This document shows, piece after piece, positions 52,312 through 62,195 of a stretch of 64,000 nt of DNA; position 1 is the first letter of the stretch; each line of letters starts with the position of its first letter. The notes beneath the pieces were generated by a model. That model did no database searches, was not told where the DNA came from, and saw nothing but the letters and a program-made list of their open reading frames with translations. Source of the DNA: an uncultured candidate division Zixibacteria bacterium. GTDB taxonomy: Bacteria > Zixibacteria > MSB-5A5 > UBA10806. The stretch spans positions 416,001 to 480,000 of the forward strand of contig CAWFQL010000017.1 of assembly GCA_963817915.1 (NCBI GenBank). Reading direction: 5' to 3'. The position numbers and the translations under genes were made by a program.

Positions 52312-52689
52312 TGCGTGTCAAAGCTTGCTTTGACCGCAAGATGCTTTTGCGATCGCAGTAAACTGCGACACGCAATTATCGATGTAGGGGCGGGTTTCAA
52401 ACCCGCCCTCTTTGTATTCTACCTGCCATTCCTGCCCCCGAGCCCGAATTAAGAGTGTCGTCAGGTCGCCTGACCTGACGACTTAATCTCAATCAGATTA
52501 AGTCATGAAACCTCATTTTTTATATTGTCTCTTAATCCTCGCTCCAGCTATTCCCTTGACCTGGAAACCTGACCCCAATAATTATTCCAAATATTATTCA
52601 ATCAACTTTCTTGACTATCCGATACATCAAATATATATTGCCGACCGACTCGAATGTGTGCCCTTGGGCGGTAGGCGTCCCGCCTGCCC
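52312..52689. repeat. Second REP-like cluster, including copy 2 of the 95-bp direct repeat (52451-52545)
   Basis: GTCAAAGC/GCTTTGAC, TCGCAGT/ACTGCGA, GTAGGGGCGGGTTTCAAACCCGCCC, degenerate TGCCATTCC..GAGCCCGAAT. Confidence 0.85.
52611..52639 (+). promoter_or_regulatory. Sigma70-type promoter upstream of tRNA-Thr/tRNA-Tyr
   Basis: TTGACT-N17-TATATT. Confidence 0.55.
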
Positions 52690-52730
52690 CTTCCTGATAG
52701 GTTTGAGTCAGATGTGTTCTTTGAAAGTGT

Positions 52731-52803
52731 GCCGGAGTAGCTCAGCTGGTAGAGCAGCTGATTTGTAATCAGCTGGTCGGGGGTTCGATTCCCTTCTCCG
52801 GCT
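52731..52803 (+). tRNA. tRNA-Thr(TGT)
   Basis: Cloverleaf GCCGGAG..CTCCGGC; anticodon arm GCTGA-TTTGTAA-TCAGC; GGTTCGATTCC T-arm. Confidence 0.96.
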
Positions 52804-52818
52804 TATTCTAAAATAAAT

Positions 52819-52900
52819 GGTGGGGTTCCCGAGTGGTCAAAGGGAACAGACTGTAAATCTGTCGCCGCAGGCTTCGGAGGTTCGAATCCTCCCCCCACCA
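52819..52900 (+). tRNA. tRNA-Tyr(GTA)
   Basis: GGTGGGG..CCCCACC-A; ACAGA-CTGTAAA-TCTGT; long variable arm; GGTTCGAATCC. Confidence 0.96.
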
Positions 52901-52922
52901 TTAATACTTACATCGATTTAAT

Positions 52923-53264
52923 ATGCCCGCGAAAAGCAAAAAATCATTTTTCATCATCCATTCCAAGGGCCTCACCGATAAGGCCGGCAAATTGGCGGAT
53001 CAGCTTCGAGCCGAGGGACATACTGTTTATGTTCCCGGCACTCAGACAAAGCAAGACACCGACGAGCTGACAATCTGTACTGCCAACCGCGATGCTATGA
53101 TGAAGGCCGATGAAGTTCGTGTCATTTGGGACGGCACTTCGCATGGAGTGATCTTCGATCTTGGAATGGCCTTCGCTCTCAATAAGCCTGTCAAATTGGA
53201 ATATGTCATTCCGAAATCGATGAAGGGCCTGATGGAACGGCTCAGCGCTCTCGATAATTCCTGA
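52923..53264 (+). CDS. Small nucleoside 2-deoxyribosyltransferase (NDT)-like protein
   Basis: Flavodoxin-like pattern L..EGH.VYVP ... AM.KADEV.V.WDG.S.GV.FDLGMAFALNKPV. Confidence 0.65.
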   Translation: MPAKSKKSFFIIHSKGLTDKAGKLADQLRAEGHTVYVPGTQTKQDTDELTICTANRDAMMKADEVRVIWDGTSHGVIFDLGMAFALNKPVKLEYVIPKSMKGLMERLSALDNS

Positions 53265-53279
53265 TTTTATTTTTCGTCC

Positions 53280-53307
53280 TTGACAAGTTCTTATAGCCGC
53301 ATATAAT
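53280..53307 (+). promoter_or_regulatory. Consensus sigma70 promoter of tRNA-Gly
   Basis: TTGACA-N16-TATAAT, 12 nt upstream of the tRNA. Confidence 0.75.
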
Positions 53308-53319
53308 TGTATGCTTGCT

Positions 53320-53392
53320 GCGGGAGTAACTCAGTTGGTAGAGTCACAGCCTTCCAAGCTGTTGGTCGCGAGTTCGAACCTCGTCTCCCGCT
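53320..53392 (+). tRNA. tRNA-Gly(TCC)
   Basis: GCGGGAG..CTCCCGC; CAGC-CTTCCAA-GCTG; AGTTCGAACC. Confidence 0.96.
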
Positions 53393-53578
53393 AATGATTT
53401 CATCCGCCGATTCTGATAATCAAGTTCCATTCTGAAACAAAAATCCAATTTAACGTCGGATATAATTACCGATATGGCTATCCATGAATTTCTAACCTAT
53501 TGTGAGGCAATAAAATTATCATTTAAGCAAGCCGCCTGCCAATCCGATAAAAAATATAGTGCGGCGGTAAAAAAATGC

Positions 53579-53606
53579 TTGACATGAAATCTCAGGGTTT
53601 TATATT
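53579..53606 (+). promoter_or_regulatory. Sigma70-type promoter of the tRNA-Thr-tuf operon
   Basis: TTGACA-N16-TATATT with upstream A-tract. Confidence 0.6.
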
Positions 53607-53659
53607 GCAAGTCTGTTATTTACGGGGAATTAACCCGTTTAAGCTATTTGTGTCAAATG

Positions 53660-53732
53660 GCCCAAGTAGCTCAGTTGGTAGAGCACATCCTTGGTAAGGA
53701 TGAGGTCACCGGTTCAATCCCGGTCTTGGGCT
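53660..53732 (+). tRNA. tRNA-Thr(GGT)
   Basis: GCCCAAG..CTTGGGC; CATCC-TTGGTAA-GGATG; GGTTCAATCC. Confidence 0.96.
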
Positions 53733-53784
53733 TAAAGAAAAACGTGAAGAAGATGAAGACCGAAAAACATAAGGGAGAGTCCTG

Positions 53785-54997
53785 ATGTCGAAGGAGAAGT
53801 TTGATAGGACGAAGCCGCACGTTAATGTAGGCACGATAGGTCATGTGGATCATGGCAAGACGACATTGACGGCGGCGATCACGATGGTGCTATCGAGGAA
53901 GTATTCGAAGGTAGCGATCCGGGATTTTGACAGTATTGACAACGCTCCGGAGGAGAAGGAACGTGGTATAACGATAGCGACGGCGCATGTCGAGTATGAG
54001 ACAGCCAAGCGTCACTACGCCCACGTTGATTGTCCGGGTCACGCGGATTACATCAAGAACATGATCACGGGAGCGGCCCAGATGGATGGAGCTATCCTGG
54101 TGGTCAGCGCTTCGGATGGTCCGATGCCTCAGACGCGCGAGCATATCTTGCTGGCCCGTCAGGTTGGAGTGCCGTTCATCATCGTGTATATGAATAAGGT
54201 AGACATGGTAGACGATCCCGAGTTATTGGATTTGGTGGAGTTGGAAGTTCGGGACCTGCTCAATAAGTATCAGTTCCCCGGCGACGAGATACCGGTGATA
54301 AGAGGCTCGGCTTTGCAGGCGATGACCAAGGGTTCTGATAAGTCGGTATCGATCGACGCGCCGGAGTTTAAGAGCATATTGGAATTGATGGATGCGGTGG
54401 ATAGCTACATACCGGAACCTGTCAGGGATACCGACAAGCCGTTTTTGATGCCGGTCGAGGATGTGTTCTCGATTACCGGCCGTGGCACGGTAGGCACCGG
54501 CAGGGTAGACCGCGGCAAGATCAGACAGGGCGACGAAGTCGAGATAGTGGGCATCAAGGATACCCGCAAGTCGGTAGTCACCGGTGTTGAGATGTTTAGA
54601 AAGCTATTGGATTTTGCTCAGGCAGGCGACAACGTTGGTCTTCTTATTGAGGGGTGTCGATAAGGAAGAGTTGGAACGCGGCATGGTAGTAGCCAAGCCG
54701 GGTTCGATCACGCCGCACAAGAAGTTTAAGGGTCAGGTCTACGTCTTGAAGAAAGAGGAGGGTGGTCGTCACACGCCGTTCTTCAATGGTTATCGTCCGC
54801 AGTTTTATTTTAGGACGACGGACGTTACGGGCAACGTGAATTTGCCGGCGGGGACGGAGATGGTAATGCCGGGTGACAACGTGGTTATGGATTGTGAGTT
54901 ATTGACTCCGATAGCGATGGAGAAGGAGCTTCGATTCGCCATCCGAGAAGGCGGCCACACAGTCGGCGCCGGAGTCGTCACCGAAATAATTGAATGA
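53785..54997 (+). CDS. tuf: Elongation factor Tu (+1 frameshift near 54640-54643, probable sequence error)
   Basis: [26 protein letters not shown](+1)[13 protein letters not shown] joins the two ORFs. Confidence 0.97.
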
Positions 54998-55008
54998 GGA
55001 TTTGAGTT

Positions 55009-55161
55009 ATGCCGAGAGAGATTATTATTTTGGCTTGCGGCGATTGTAAACGGCGCAACTATTCAGATACAAAGAATAAACGGAACCAGCCTGACCGGGT
55101 TGAATACAAAAAATACTGTCCTTTCTGTAATAAGCACACTGCGCACAAGGAAACCAGATAG
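55009..55161 (+). CDS. rpmG: 50S ribosomal protein L33 (zinc-binding type)
   Basis: [50 protein letters not shown]; not in ORF track. Confidence 0.96.
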   Translation: MPREIIILACGDCKRRNYSDTKNKRNQPDRVEYKKYCPFCNKHTAHKETR

Positions 55162-55168
55162 GTAATAC

Positions 55169-55241
55169 AGGACAGTAGCTCAACTGGCAGAGCTTTGGTC
55201 TCCAAAACCAAGGGTTGGGGGTTCAAGTCCCTCCTGTCCTG
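55169..55241 (+). tRNA. tRNA-Trp(CCA)
   Basis: AGGACAG..CTGTCCT; TTGGT-CTCCAAA-ACCAA; GGTTCAAGTCC; usual position between rpmG and secE. Confidence 0.95.
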
Positions 55242-55264
55242 CTTAAGCTAAAGAGAGATGGTGG

Positions 55265-55459
55265 ATGTTTAACAAAATTAAGGGCTTCTTCAATGAAGTG
55301 TATCAGGAACTCCAGAAAGTTGCCTGGCCCTCACGCGATGAGCTGGTTGGCTCTACAGCGGTAGTAATCATCATGTCGTTGATTGTTTCGATTTTCATCG
55401 GAGCGGTAGATCTGATCCTCAGGGAATCCATTAACGCGTTGATTCGCATAGCCGGTTGA
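55265..55459 (+). CDS. secE: Preprotein translocase subunit SecE
   Basis: ELQKVAWPSRDEL motif plus one TM; synteny. Confidence 0.95.
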   Translation: MFNKIKGFFNEVYQELQKVAWPSRDELVGSTAVVIIMSLIVSIFIGAVDLILRESINALIRIAG

Positions 55460-55473
55460 CGGAAAAAATCATT

Positions 55474-56004
55474 ATGGCAAAAAAGTGGTATGTGGCCCAT
55501 ACATATTCGGGTCATGAAAATAAAGCCAAAAAGTACCTCGAATCAGCCGCTGAGGCGGAAGGTCTGAAAGAACAATTCGGACAGATTTTGGTTCCAACCG
55601 AGGAAATAGTTGAAATGAAGCAGGGAAAACGGCACACTGCCGTCAAAAAATTCTTGCCCAGCTATATTCTTGTCGAGATGGAGCTGAATAAAGAAACTCA
55701 GCATCTCGTTACATCCACGCCGGGCATCACTAATTTTGTTGGAGCATCCGGAAAACCTGTTGCCCTCCGCGAAAATGAAGTCAAGAGAATCCTTGCGCAA
55801 ATAGACAGATCTAAAAACAGGGAAGCCCTCGATATCCCATACAAAATCGGCGAAGCGGTCAAGGTTGTCGATGGACCATTCTCCGAATTCGCGGGCACTG
55901 TCAGCGAAGTTAATCCGGAAAAACGCAAGCTCAAAGTCATGGTTTCTATCTTTGGACGGCCCACACCGGTCGAGCTCGATTATTTGCAGGTAAAAAGTCT
56001 TTAA
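55474..56004 (+). CDS. nusG: Transcription termination/antitermination factor NusG
   Basis: KWYVAHTYSGHE, KOW GEAVKVVDGPF, VSIFGRPTPVEL. Confidence 0.97.
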   Translation: MAKKWYVAHTYSGHENKAKKYLESAAEAEGLKEQFGQILVPTEEIVEMKQGKRHTAVKKFLPSYILVEMELNKETQHLVTSTPGITNFVGASGKPVALRENEVKRILAQIDRSKNREALDIPYKIGEAVKVVDGPFSEFAGTVSEVNPEKRKLKVMVSIFGRPTPVELDYLQVKSL

Positions 56005-56028
56005 TAATAGATTCATCAAGGAGTAATT

Positions 56029-56463
56029 GTGGCTAAAAAAATTACAGGAATGGTCAAGTTGCAGATACCCGCTGGTAATGCCACACCGGCGCCGCCAGTC
56101 GGACCTGCTTTGGGTCAGCAAGGTGTCAATATCATGGAATTCTGCAAATCATTCAATTCCAGAACCCAATCGCAAGCCGGAATGATTATTCCAGTCGTCA
56201 TTACCGTGTATGTGGACAAGACATTTACATTCATCACCAAAACGCCGCCAGCATCTATTCTCTTGAAGAAAGCTGCCAAATTGGAAAAGGGTTCAGGCGA
56301 ACCCAATCGTAATAAAGTCGGCAAGGTATCAAAGCAGCAAGTCCGCGAAATCGCCCAGCTTAAGATGCCCGATCTTAATGCCAATGACCTGGAAATGGCT
56401 GAAAGAATGGTAGCTGGAACCGCTCGCAGCATGGGAATTGACGTCGAAGGTAGTGAAATTTAG
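56029..56463 (+). CDS. rplK: 50S ribosomal protein L11
   Basis: [27 protein letters not shown]. Confidence 0.98.
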   Translation: MAKKITGMVKLQIPAGNATPAPPVGPALGQQGVNIMEFCKSFNSRTQSQAGMIIPVVITVYVDKTFTFITKTPPASILLKKAAKLEKGSGEPNRNKVGKVSKQQVREIAQLKMPDLNANDLEMAERMVAGTARSMGIDVEGSEI

Positions 56464-56571
56464 ATATCGCTTCAATTTTATCTTCGGATTTAAACAAAGC
56501 GAATGAATTGAAATAATATTATCTAACGGTCGATACGGGGAGACCATTAACAGTTCGGAGTATTAAAAATC

Positions 56572-57273
56572 ATGAAACGTGGAAAGCTTTACAAAGCAGG
56601 CGCAACCAAGATAGAACAAGGCAAAGCCTATACCCTGGCCGATGCCGTGAAGGCTATCCGTTCCGCCGCGCACGCCAAATTTAATGAGACCATCGAGGCC
56701 ACCGTGCGTTTGGGTGTAGATCCCAAAAAAGCCGATCAGATGGTTCGTGGCACTACAGTTCTGCCTCATGGCACTGGCAAAACTATCAAAGTCCTTGTTC
56801 TCACAAAAGGTGAAAAAGTCAAGGAAGCCGAAGACGCCGGAGCCGATTTAGTCGGTGGCGATGAATACGTCGAAAAAATTCAAGGCGGATGGGCTGATGT
56901 TGATGTCATTATCGCTACTCCCGATATGATGGGACAGGTGGGAAAATTGGGAAAAATTCTCGGTCCAAAAAAACTGATGCCCAATCCCAAATCCGGTACC
57001 GTAACTATGGAATTAGCTAAGGCCATTAAATCAGTAAAGGCCGGCAAAATTGAATATAGACTTGATAAAACTGGCAATGTTCAGGTCGGTCTCGGGAAAT
57101 TATCCTTTTCCGATGAGCAGCTCTTCGAAAATGCCAAGACATTCTTTTCCGCGATCGTAAAAGCTAAACCGTCGTCCGCCAAAGGCACATACCTAAAAAA
57201 TGCGACACTATGCTCGACGATGGGCCCTGGAATCAAGCTGGACGTTAATGAACTTCTGGCGATGAGTAAGTAA
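56572..57273 (+). CDS. rplA: 50S ribosomal protein L1
   Basis: [30 protein letters not shown]. Confidence 0.98.
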   Translation: MKRGKLYKAGATKIEQGKAYTLADAVKAIRSAAHAKFNETIEATVRLGVDPKKADQMVRGTTVLPHGTGKTIKVLVLTKGEKVKEAEDAGADLVGGDEYVEKIQGGWADVDVIIATPDMMGQVGKLGKILGPKKLMPNPKSGTVTMELAKAIKSVKAGKIEYRLDKTGNVQVGLGKLSFSDEQLFENAKTFFSAIVKAKPSSAKGTYLKNATLCSTMGPGIKLDVNELLAMSK

Positions 57274-57286
57274 AGGCAGGTATAAA

Positions 57287-57805
57287 GTGACAAAAGACGA
57301 AAAAAATAAAGAAATCGCTGCTCTCAAAGATAGAATCGCCAGAGCAAACGAGATTATAGTCGCGGATCATACCGGCATTAATGTCGAAGATCTTACTATT
57401 CTTCGTCGCAAGCTGAGAGCCGCCAAGAGTGAATTTAAGGTATCGAAGAATACCTTATTGAAAATAGCCGCTAAAGACACAGGAATTGAAGCGCTTGAAA
57501 AGCATTTCACCGGTCCAACTGCTATTATTTACGGATACGACGATCCTTCGGTGCCCGCCAAGATAATCTATGAGGCAATCAAGGAGAAAGAGCGACCGAA
57601 ATTTAAGGCATTCTATCTTGAAGGTAATATTCTCGGATATGAAGATCTCAAGAAGATCGCCGAATTGCCTCCAAGAAATGTCGTCATAGCCAATTTAATG
57701 GGTACGATTGTCGGGCCAATAGCCCAGTTCGTGACACTACTTAACGCCGCGTCAAGCGAGTTTATCGCCACGCTGGATGCCTTAGCTGAAAGTAAAAAAG
57801 GATAG
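57287..57805 (+). CDS. rplJ: 50S ribosomal protein L10
   Basis: LRRKLR..VSKNTL, GPTAI; synteny. Confidence 0.95.
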   Translation: MTKDEKNKEIAALKDRIARANEIIVADHTGINVEDLTILRRKLRAAKSEFKVSKNTLLKIAAKDTGIEALEKHFTGPTAIIYGYDDPSVPAKIIYEAIKEKERPKFKAFYLEGNILGYEDLKKIAELPPRNVVIANLMGTIVGPIAQFVTLLNAASSEFIATLDALAESKKG

Positions 57806-57949
57806 TGATGGCCCAAGCCTCGTATCGGAGCTTCTAAGTCGCTTTGGGAAAGGCGATTTCCGTGACGAGAAAGTGGAAACCATCAATAGATTATTAAAGT
57901 ATTTAATTAAATAGCCCCGGTTTTAACCGGTTTAAACGAGGATTTGAAA

Positions 57950-58330
57950 ATGAGTGACAGAGTACAACAAGCATTCGATATCATAAAAGAAATGACTGTG
58001 GTCGAGCTTTCCGATCTTTCGAAGAAAATGCAAACCGAATTTGGTATTACACCGATGGCGGCTGCCCCAGTAGCAGCGGCCGGTGGCGCGGCAGGCGGAG
58101 CAGCCCCAGCCGAAGAAAAGACTGAATTTGACGTTATTCTCGAAAATGCCGGAGCCAAAAAGATTCAAGTAATTAAGGTCGTACGCGAGCTTACAAGCCT
58201 CGGCTTGAAAGAAGCCAAAGATCTCGTGGAAGGTGCGCCAAAGCCACTTAAAGAGGGGGTTTCTAAGGAAGAGGCGGCAGACGCCAAGGCTAAATTAGAA
58301 GAAGTCGGTGCCACGGTAGTCCTGAAGTAG
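57950..58330 (+). CDS. rplL: 50S ribosomal protein L7/L12
   Basis: Ala-rich hinge, [34 protein letters not shown]. Confidence 0.98.
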   Translation: MSDRVQQAFDIIKEMTVVELSDLSKKMQTEFGITPMAAAPVAAAGGAAGGAAPAEEKTEFDVILENAGAKKIQVIKVVRELTSLGLKEAKDLVEGAPKPLKEGVSKEEAADAKAKLEEVGATVVLK

Positions 58331-58397
58331 TTTTTTATATCTGGCATCGTGCCAGCATAATCTTAAATTTTTAGAATCTTCCCATTAGGAGGTTCTT

Positions 58398-61300
58398 TTG
58401 AGACCATTTTTGAAGGTCGAAAGAAAAAGTTTCGCTAAGTTGAAAGAGCATGTCGAGATGCCCAATCTTCTCGATGTCCAGCTTTCATCTTACGAAAGTT
58501 TCCTGCAACGCGAAGTCCCGCCGGAAAAAAGAGAAAACGTCGGGCTTCAAGGAGTGTTTACTTCTATTTTCCCAATTACGGATGTCCACGAACTGTTTTC
58601 GCTGGAATTCGTAAGATATTCGCTCGGAGAGCCGCGCTATTCTATTCGCGAATGCCGCGAAAGAAATATGACCTTTGGCGCGCCGCTTAAAGCCACCTTA
58701 CGTCTTGTCGTAAGAGAACAAGTAGGCGAATCAACCGAAAAAGTTGTCAAAGACATCATCGAACGAGACGTCTTCCTCGGCGAATTCCCTCTGCTTACCG
58801 AAAACGGTACTTTCATTATCAACGGTGCGGAACGAGTAATCGTTAGCCAGTTGCACCGTTCTCCAGGTGTCTTTTTCGATGAAGAAATTCATCCCAATGG
58901 CAAACGTCTATTTTCCGCAAGAATTATTCCTTATCGCGGTTCCTGGGTTGAATTCTCTCTCGATGTCAACGACATCATGTTCGTTCATATTGATTCCCGT
59001 CGTAAGATGGCCGCTACTACATTATTGAGGGCATTGGGTTATTCCACCAACGAAGATTTGTTGAAGACATTCTACAAAATTTCAAACGAACAGGTATCCA
59101 CTCGTCGCGGAAATAAATTCATTGGCGCGATTTCCGCGCAAACTATAGTCGATCCTTCTACTGGGGAAGTTGTTCTCAAGGCCAATGAAGAGATAACCGA
59201 CGAACTCTTTAAGAAAGTATGCGATCTGAAAATCGAGACTCTTGATGTTCTCGATATCGACCTCGCGACGGACGCGGGAATTATAAGAAACACTATCGTA
59301 AAGGATACGACTACCTCCTTAGAGGAAGCGCTATTCAAAATATACGCGTTGATTCGGCCGGGCGACGCTCCGACTCTTGATCTCGCGCAAGATTTGCTCG
59401 AAAAGCTGTTCTTCAATCCCAAGCGATATGATCTCGGCGAAGTTGGCCGGTATATGATTAACCAGAGACTTAATCTTGATGTCCCGCTTGAGGAAACAGT
59501 TCTTAATAGAAAAGATTTCCTGGCCATAATCAAATATCTTATTAATCTGCGAAATGGCGCCGGCGATGTCGATGATATCGATCATCTTGGCAATAGAAGA
59601 GCGCGCTCAGTTGGCGAGCTTCTGTCAAATCAATTCTCGGTCGGTTTATCGAGAATGGCCCGGACTATTCGCGAAAGAATGAGTCTCAAGGATAATGAAC
59701 AAATATCTCCGCATGATTTGGTTAATGCCCGCACTGTCTCCGCCGTAATCGATAGCTTCTTTGGCTCGTCTCAGCTTTCGCAATTCATGGATCAGACTAA
59801 TCCTCTGGCGGAATTGACTCATAAGAGAAGGCTGTCGGCATTGGGTCCGGGAGGACTTACTCGTGAGAGAGCGGGATTTAAGGTCAGGGACGTTCACCAT
59901 ACGCATTATGGTCGAATCTGTCCTATTGAGACGCCTGAAGGTCCGAACATTGGTCTTATCGCTTCTTTATCGACTTATGCGAGAATCAATCGCTACGGTT
60001 TCTTGGAAGCCCCATATCGCGTGGTAAAGAATGGCAAAGTCACAGCTGAAATCCATTTTCTTACTGCCGACATGGAAGATCGTTATGTGGTGGCGCAGGC
60101 TAATGCTCCTCTTACCAAAGATGGTCATTTTGAATCTTCGCTAATCAAGTGCAGAGAAAAAGGCGAATACATATTGGCTCGGCCCGAGCAGATACACTTC
60201 ATGGATGTTTCCCCGAAACAGATGGTCTCGGTAGCTGCGGCTTTGATTCCCTTCTTAGAGCATGATGACGCCAACAGAGCTTTGATGGGCTCAAACATGC
60301 AACGTCAAGCCGTGCCGCTTTTGATCACTGAACCACCGGTAGTTGGTACAGGTATCGAAGGCAAGGTTGCTGTCGATTCTGGCGCCGCTCTTATTGCAAA
60401 AAGGCCGGGAGTCGTGGAATTTGTCGATGCCGATAAAATCCTCATTCGACCTGTCCGCCGCGGCAAAGAGAAATTACTTGAGTTGGTGGAATTCGATGAA
60501 TACGAGCTTACGAAATTCAACCGATCCAACCAGGATACTTGTTTGAATCAAAGGCCGCTCGTGAACGTCGGAGATAAACTTGAAGTCGGTGACGTCATTG
60601 CTGATGGTCCCGGAACCTCGGATGGCGAACTTGCGCTTGGTGCTAATGTCCTTGTTGGATTTATGCCCTGGAGAGGATATAATTTTGAGGATGCTATTAT
60701 CGTTTCCGAACGATTAGTGTCTGACGATGTATTTACATCAATTCATATAGAAGAATTCGAACTTCAGGTTCGCGATACCAAACGCGGTCCAGAAGAAATT
60801 ACAAGAGAAATTCCTAACGTTTCCGAAGAAGCTTTGTTGAATCTTGATGAACGTGGAATTATTCGCACCGGAGCCGAAGTCGAAGCCGGCGATATTCTTG
60901 TCGGAAAAGTTACTCCGAAGGGTGAAACCGAGCTTTCTCCGGAAGAGAGACTTTTGAGAGCCATATTCGGCGAAAAGGCCGGCGATGTTCGTGACGCTTC
61001 TTTGAAGGCGCCGCCCGGAATGAAGGGCATTGTAATTGATACCAAAGTATTTTCGCGTAAAGAGCGCTCTGAAGCCGCCAAAAAGCAGGAGCGTACTGAT
61101 ATTACTCGAGTGAAGAAAAATTTCTCCAAGCAGATCGAGTATATCGTTAATATGCGAAATAAGAACCTGGGTATCATCCTCGATGGCACGACCGCCAGAA
61201 CCATCAAAGACGAAAACGGCGAGGTTGTCATTAAGGCCGGTACTAAATTCAAAGAAGATAGTTTCGAACATTGCAATGCACAGGATTTGGTAGCTGAAAA

Positions 61301-62171
61301 TGGCTTCACTGGCGACGATAAAGCCAATCAGAAAGTCGATCAGCTTCTCCAGCAGGCCAAGGCCCTGATCGACAATAAAAAAATAGTGCAGGAAATTGAA
61401 ATTGAGAAAGTGGTTCGCGGCGCGGAATTGCCTCCCGGTGTAGTACAGCTTGTAAAAGTCGCGATAGCTACAAAGAGAGTGCTTTCGGTCGGCGATAAAA
61501 TGGCAGGACGTCACGGTAATAAAGGCGTTCTGGCTAAAGTAGTGCCAATTGAGGATATGCCATATATGCCTGATGGCACGCCGCTTGATATTATATTGAA
61601 TCCGCTCGGCGTTCCTTCAAGAATGAATGTTGGTCAGATACTTGAAACGCATCTTGGATGGGCCGCAAAGCTTCTCGGTTTCAAGGTGGCAACGCCTGTT
61701 TTTGATGGTGCCTCTGTCACCGAAATTAAAGAACTGCTCAAAAAGGCTGGACTTCCCGAAGATGGCAAATCCGAGCTTTACGATGGACGTACCGGTCAAC
61801 CGTTTCATAATAAAATCACTGTCGGATATATGTACATGATGAAGCTTTCGCATCTCGTCGACGACAAAATTCATGCCCGTTCTATCGGACCTTACTCTTT
61901 GGTTACTCAGCAGCCTCTGGGCGGTAAAGCCCAATTCGGCGGCCAGAGATTCGGCGAAATGGAAGTCTGGGCTCTTGAAGCGTACGGCGCCGCTTACACC
62001 TTGCAGGAAATGCTGACAGTTAAATCCGACGATGTTTCAGGAAGATCGCGCATCTATGAGGCGATCGTTAAGGGAGAAAATCCTCCTGAACCGGGTATTC
62101 CGGAATCATTCAACGTGCTTGTTAAGGAGCTCCAATCCCTGGGTTTGGATGTTGATTTGATTGAGAAGTAA
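58398..62171 (+). CDS. rpoB: DNA-directed RNA polymerase subunit beta
   Basis: [42 protein letters not shown] start after AGGAGG. Confidence 0.99.
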   Translation: MRPFLKVERKSFAKLKEHVEMPNLLDVQLSSYESFLQREVPPEKRENVGLQGVFTSIFPITDVHELFSLEFVRYSLGEPRYSIRECRERNMTFGAPLKATLRLVVREQVGESTEKVVKDIIERDVFLGEFPLLTENGTFIINGAERVIVSQLHRSPGVFFDEEIHPNGKRLFSARIIPYRGSWVEFSLDVNDIMFVHIDSRRKMAATTLLRALGYSTNEDLLKTFYKISNEQVSTRRGNKFIGAISAQTIVDPSTGEVVLKANEEITDELFKKVCDLKIETLDVLDIDLATDAGIIRNTIVKDTTTSLEEALFKIYALIRPGDAPTLDLAQDLLEKLFFNPKRYDLGEVGRYMINQRLNLDVPLEETVLNRKDFLAIIKYLINLRNGAGDVDDIDHLGNRRARSVGELLSNQFSVGLSRMARTIRERMSLKDNEQISPHDLVNARTVSAVIDSFFGSSQLSQFMDQTNPLAELTHKRRLSALGPGGLTRERAGFKVRDVHHTHYGRICPIETPEGPNIGLIASLSTYARINRYGFLEAPYRVVKNGKVTAEIHFLTADMEDRYVVAQANAPLTKDGHFESSLIKCREKGEYILARPEQIHFMDVSPKQMVSVAAALIPFLEHDDANRALMGSNMQRQAVPLLITEPPVVGTGIEGKVAVDSGAALIAKRPGVVEFVDADKILIRPVRRGKEKLLELVEFDEYELTKFNRSNQDTCLNQRPLVNVGDKLEVGDVIADGPGTSDGELALGANVLVGFMPWRGYNFEDAIIVSERLVSDDVFTSIHIEEFELQVRDTKRGPEEITREIPNVSEEALLNLDERGIIRTGAEVEAGDILVGKVTPKGETELSPEERLLRAIFGEKAGDVRDASLKAPPGMKGIVIDTKVFSRKERSEAAKKQERTDITRVKKNFSKQIEYIVNMRNKNLGIILDGTTARTIKDENGEVVIKAGTKFKEDSFEHCNAQDLVAENGFTGDDKANQKVDQLLQQAKALIDNKKIVQEIEIEKVVRGAELPPGVVQLVKVAIATKRVLSVGDKMAGRHGNKGVLAKVVPIEDMPYMPDGTPLDIILNPLGVPSRMNVGQILETHLGWAAKLLGFKVATPVFDGASVTEIKELLKKAGLPEDGKSELYDGRTGQPFHNKITVGYMYMMKLSHLVDDKIHARSIGPYSLVTQQPLGGKAQFGGQRFGEMEVWALEAYGAAYTLQEMLTVKSDDVSGRSRIYEAIVKGENPPEPGIPESFNVLVKELQSLGLDVDLIEK

Positions 62172-62195
62172 TGTCATCCGTTAACGGATATTTAA

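Noticed and set aside
50023..52545. Integron cassette or IS element
   Set aside because: No integrase or transposase in the window, and I could not identify attC core sites or terminal inverted repeats with a target duplication
52505..52768. 87-aa ORF
   Set aside because: Starts inside the direct repeat, crosses a promoter and runs into tRNA-Thr
52901..53319. Integrative element or retron at tRNA-Tyr
   Set aside because: No integrase, no reverse transcriptase and no duplicated tRNA 3' end seen around the NDT-like gene
54584..54663. Programmed frameshift or true tuf pseudogene
   Set aside because: No slippery site, the protein is otherwise fully conserved, and the same +1 pattern affects several unrelated genes
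56464..56571. L1 autoregulatory leader between rplK and rplA
   Set aside because: The position fits and a short GGTC..GACC stem exists, but I could not match the L1-binding consensus with confidence
60738..61514. 258-aa and 187-aa antisense ORFs within rpoB, and similar shadow ORFs elsewhere
   Set aside because: They lie opposite or out of frame within well-supported genes and show no family motifs
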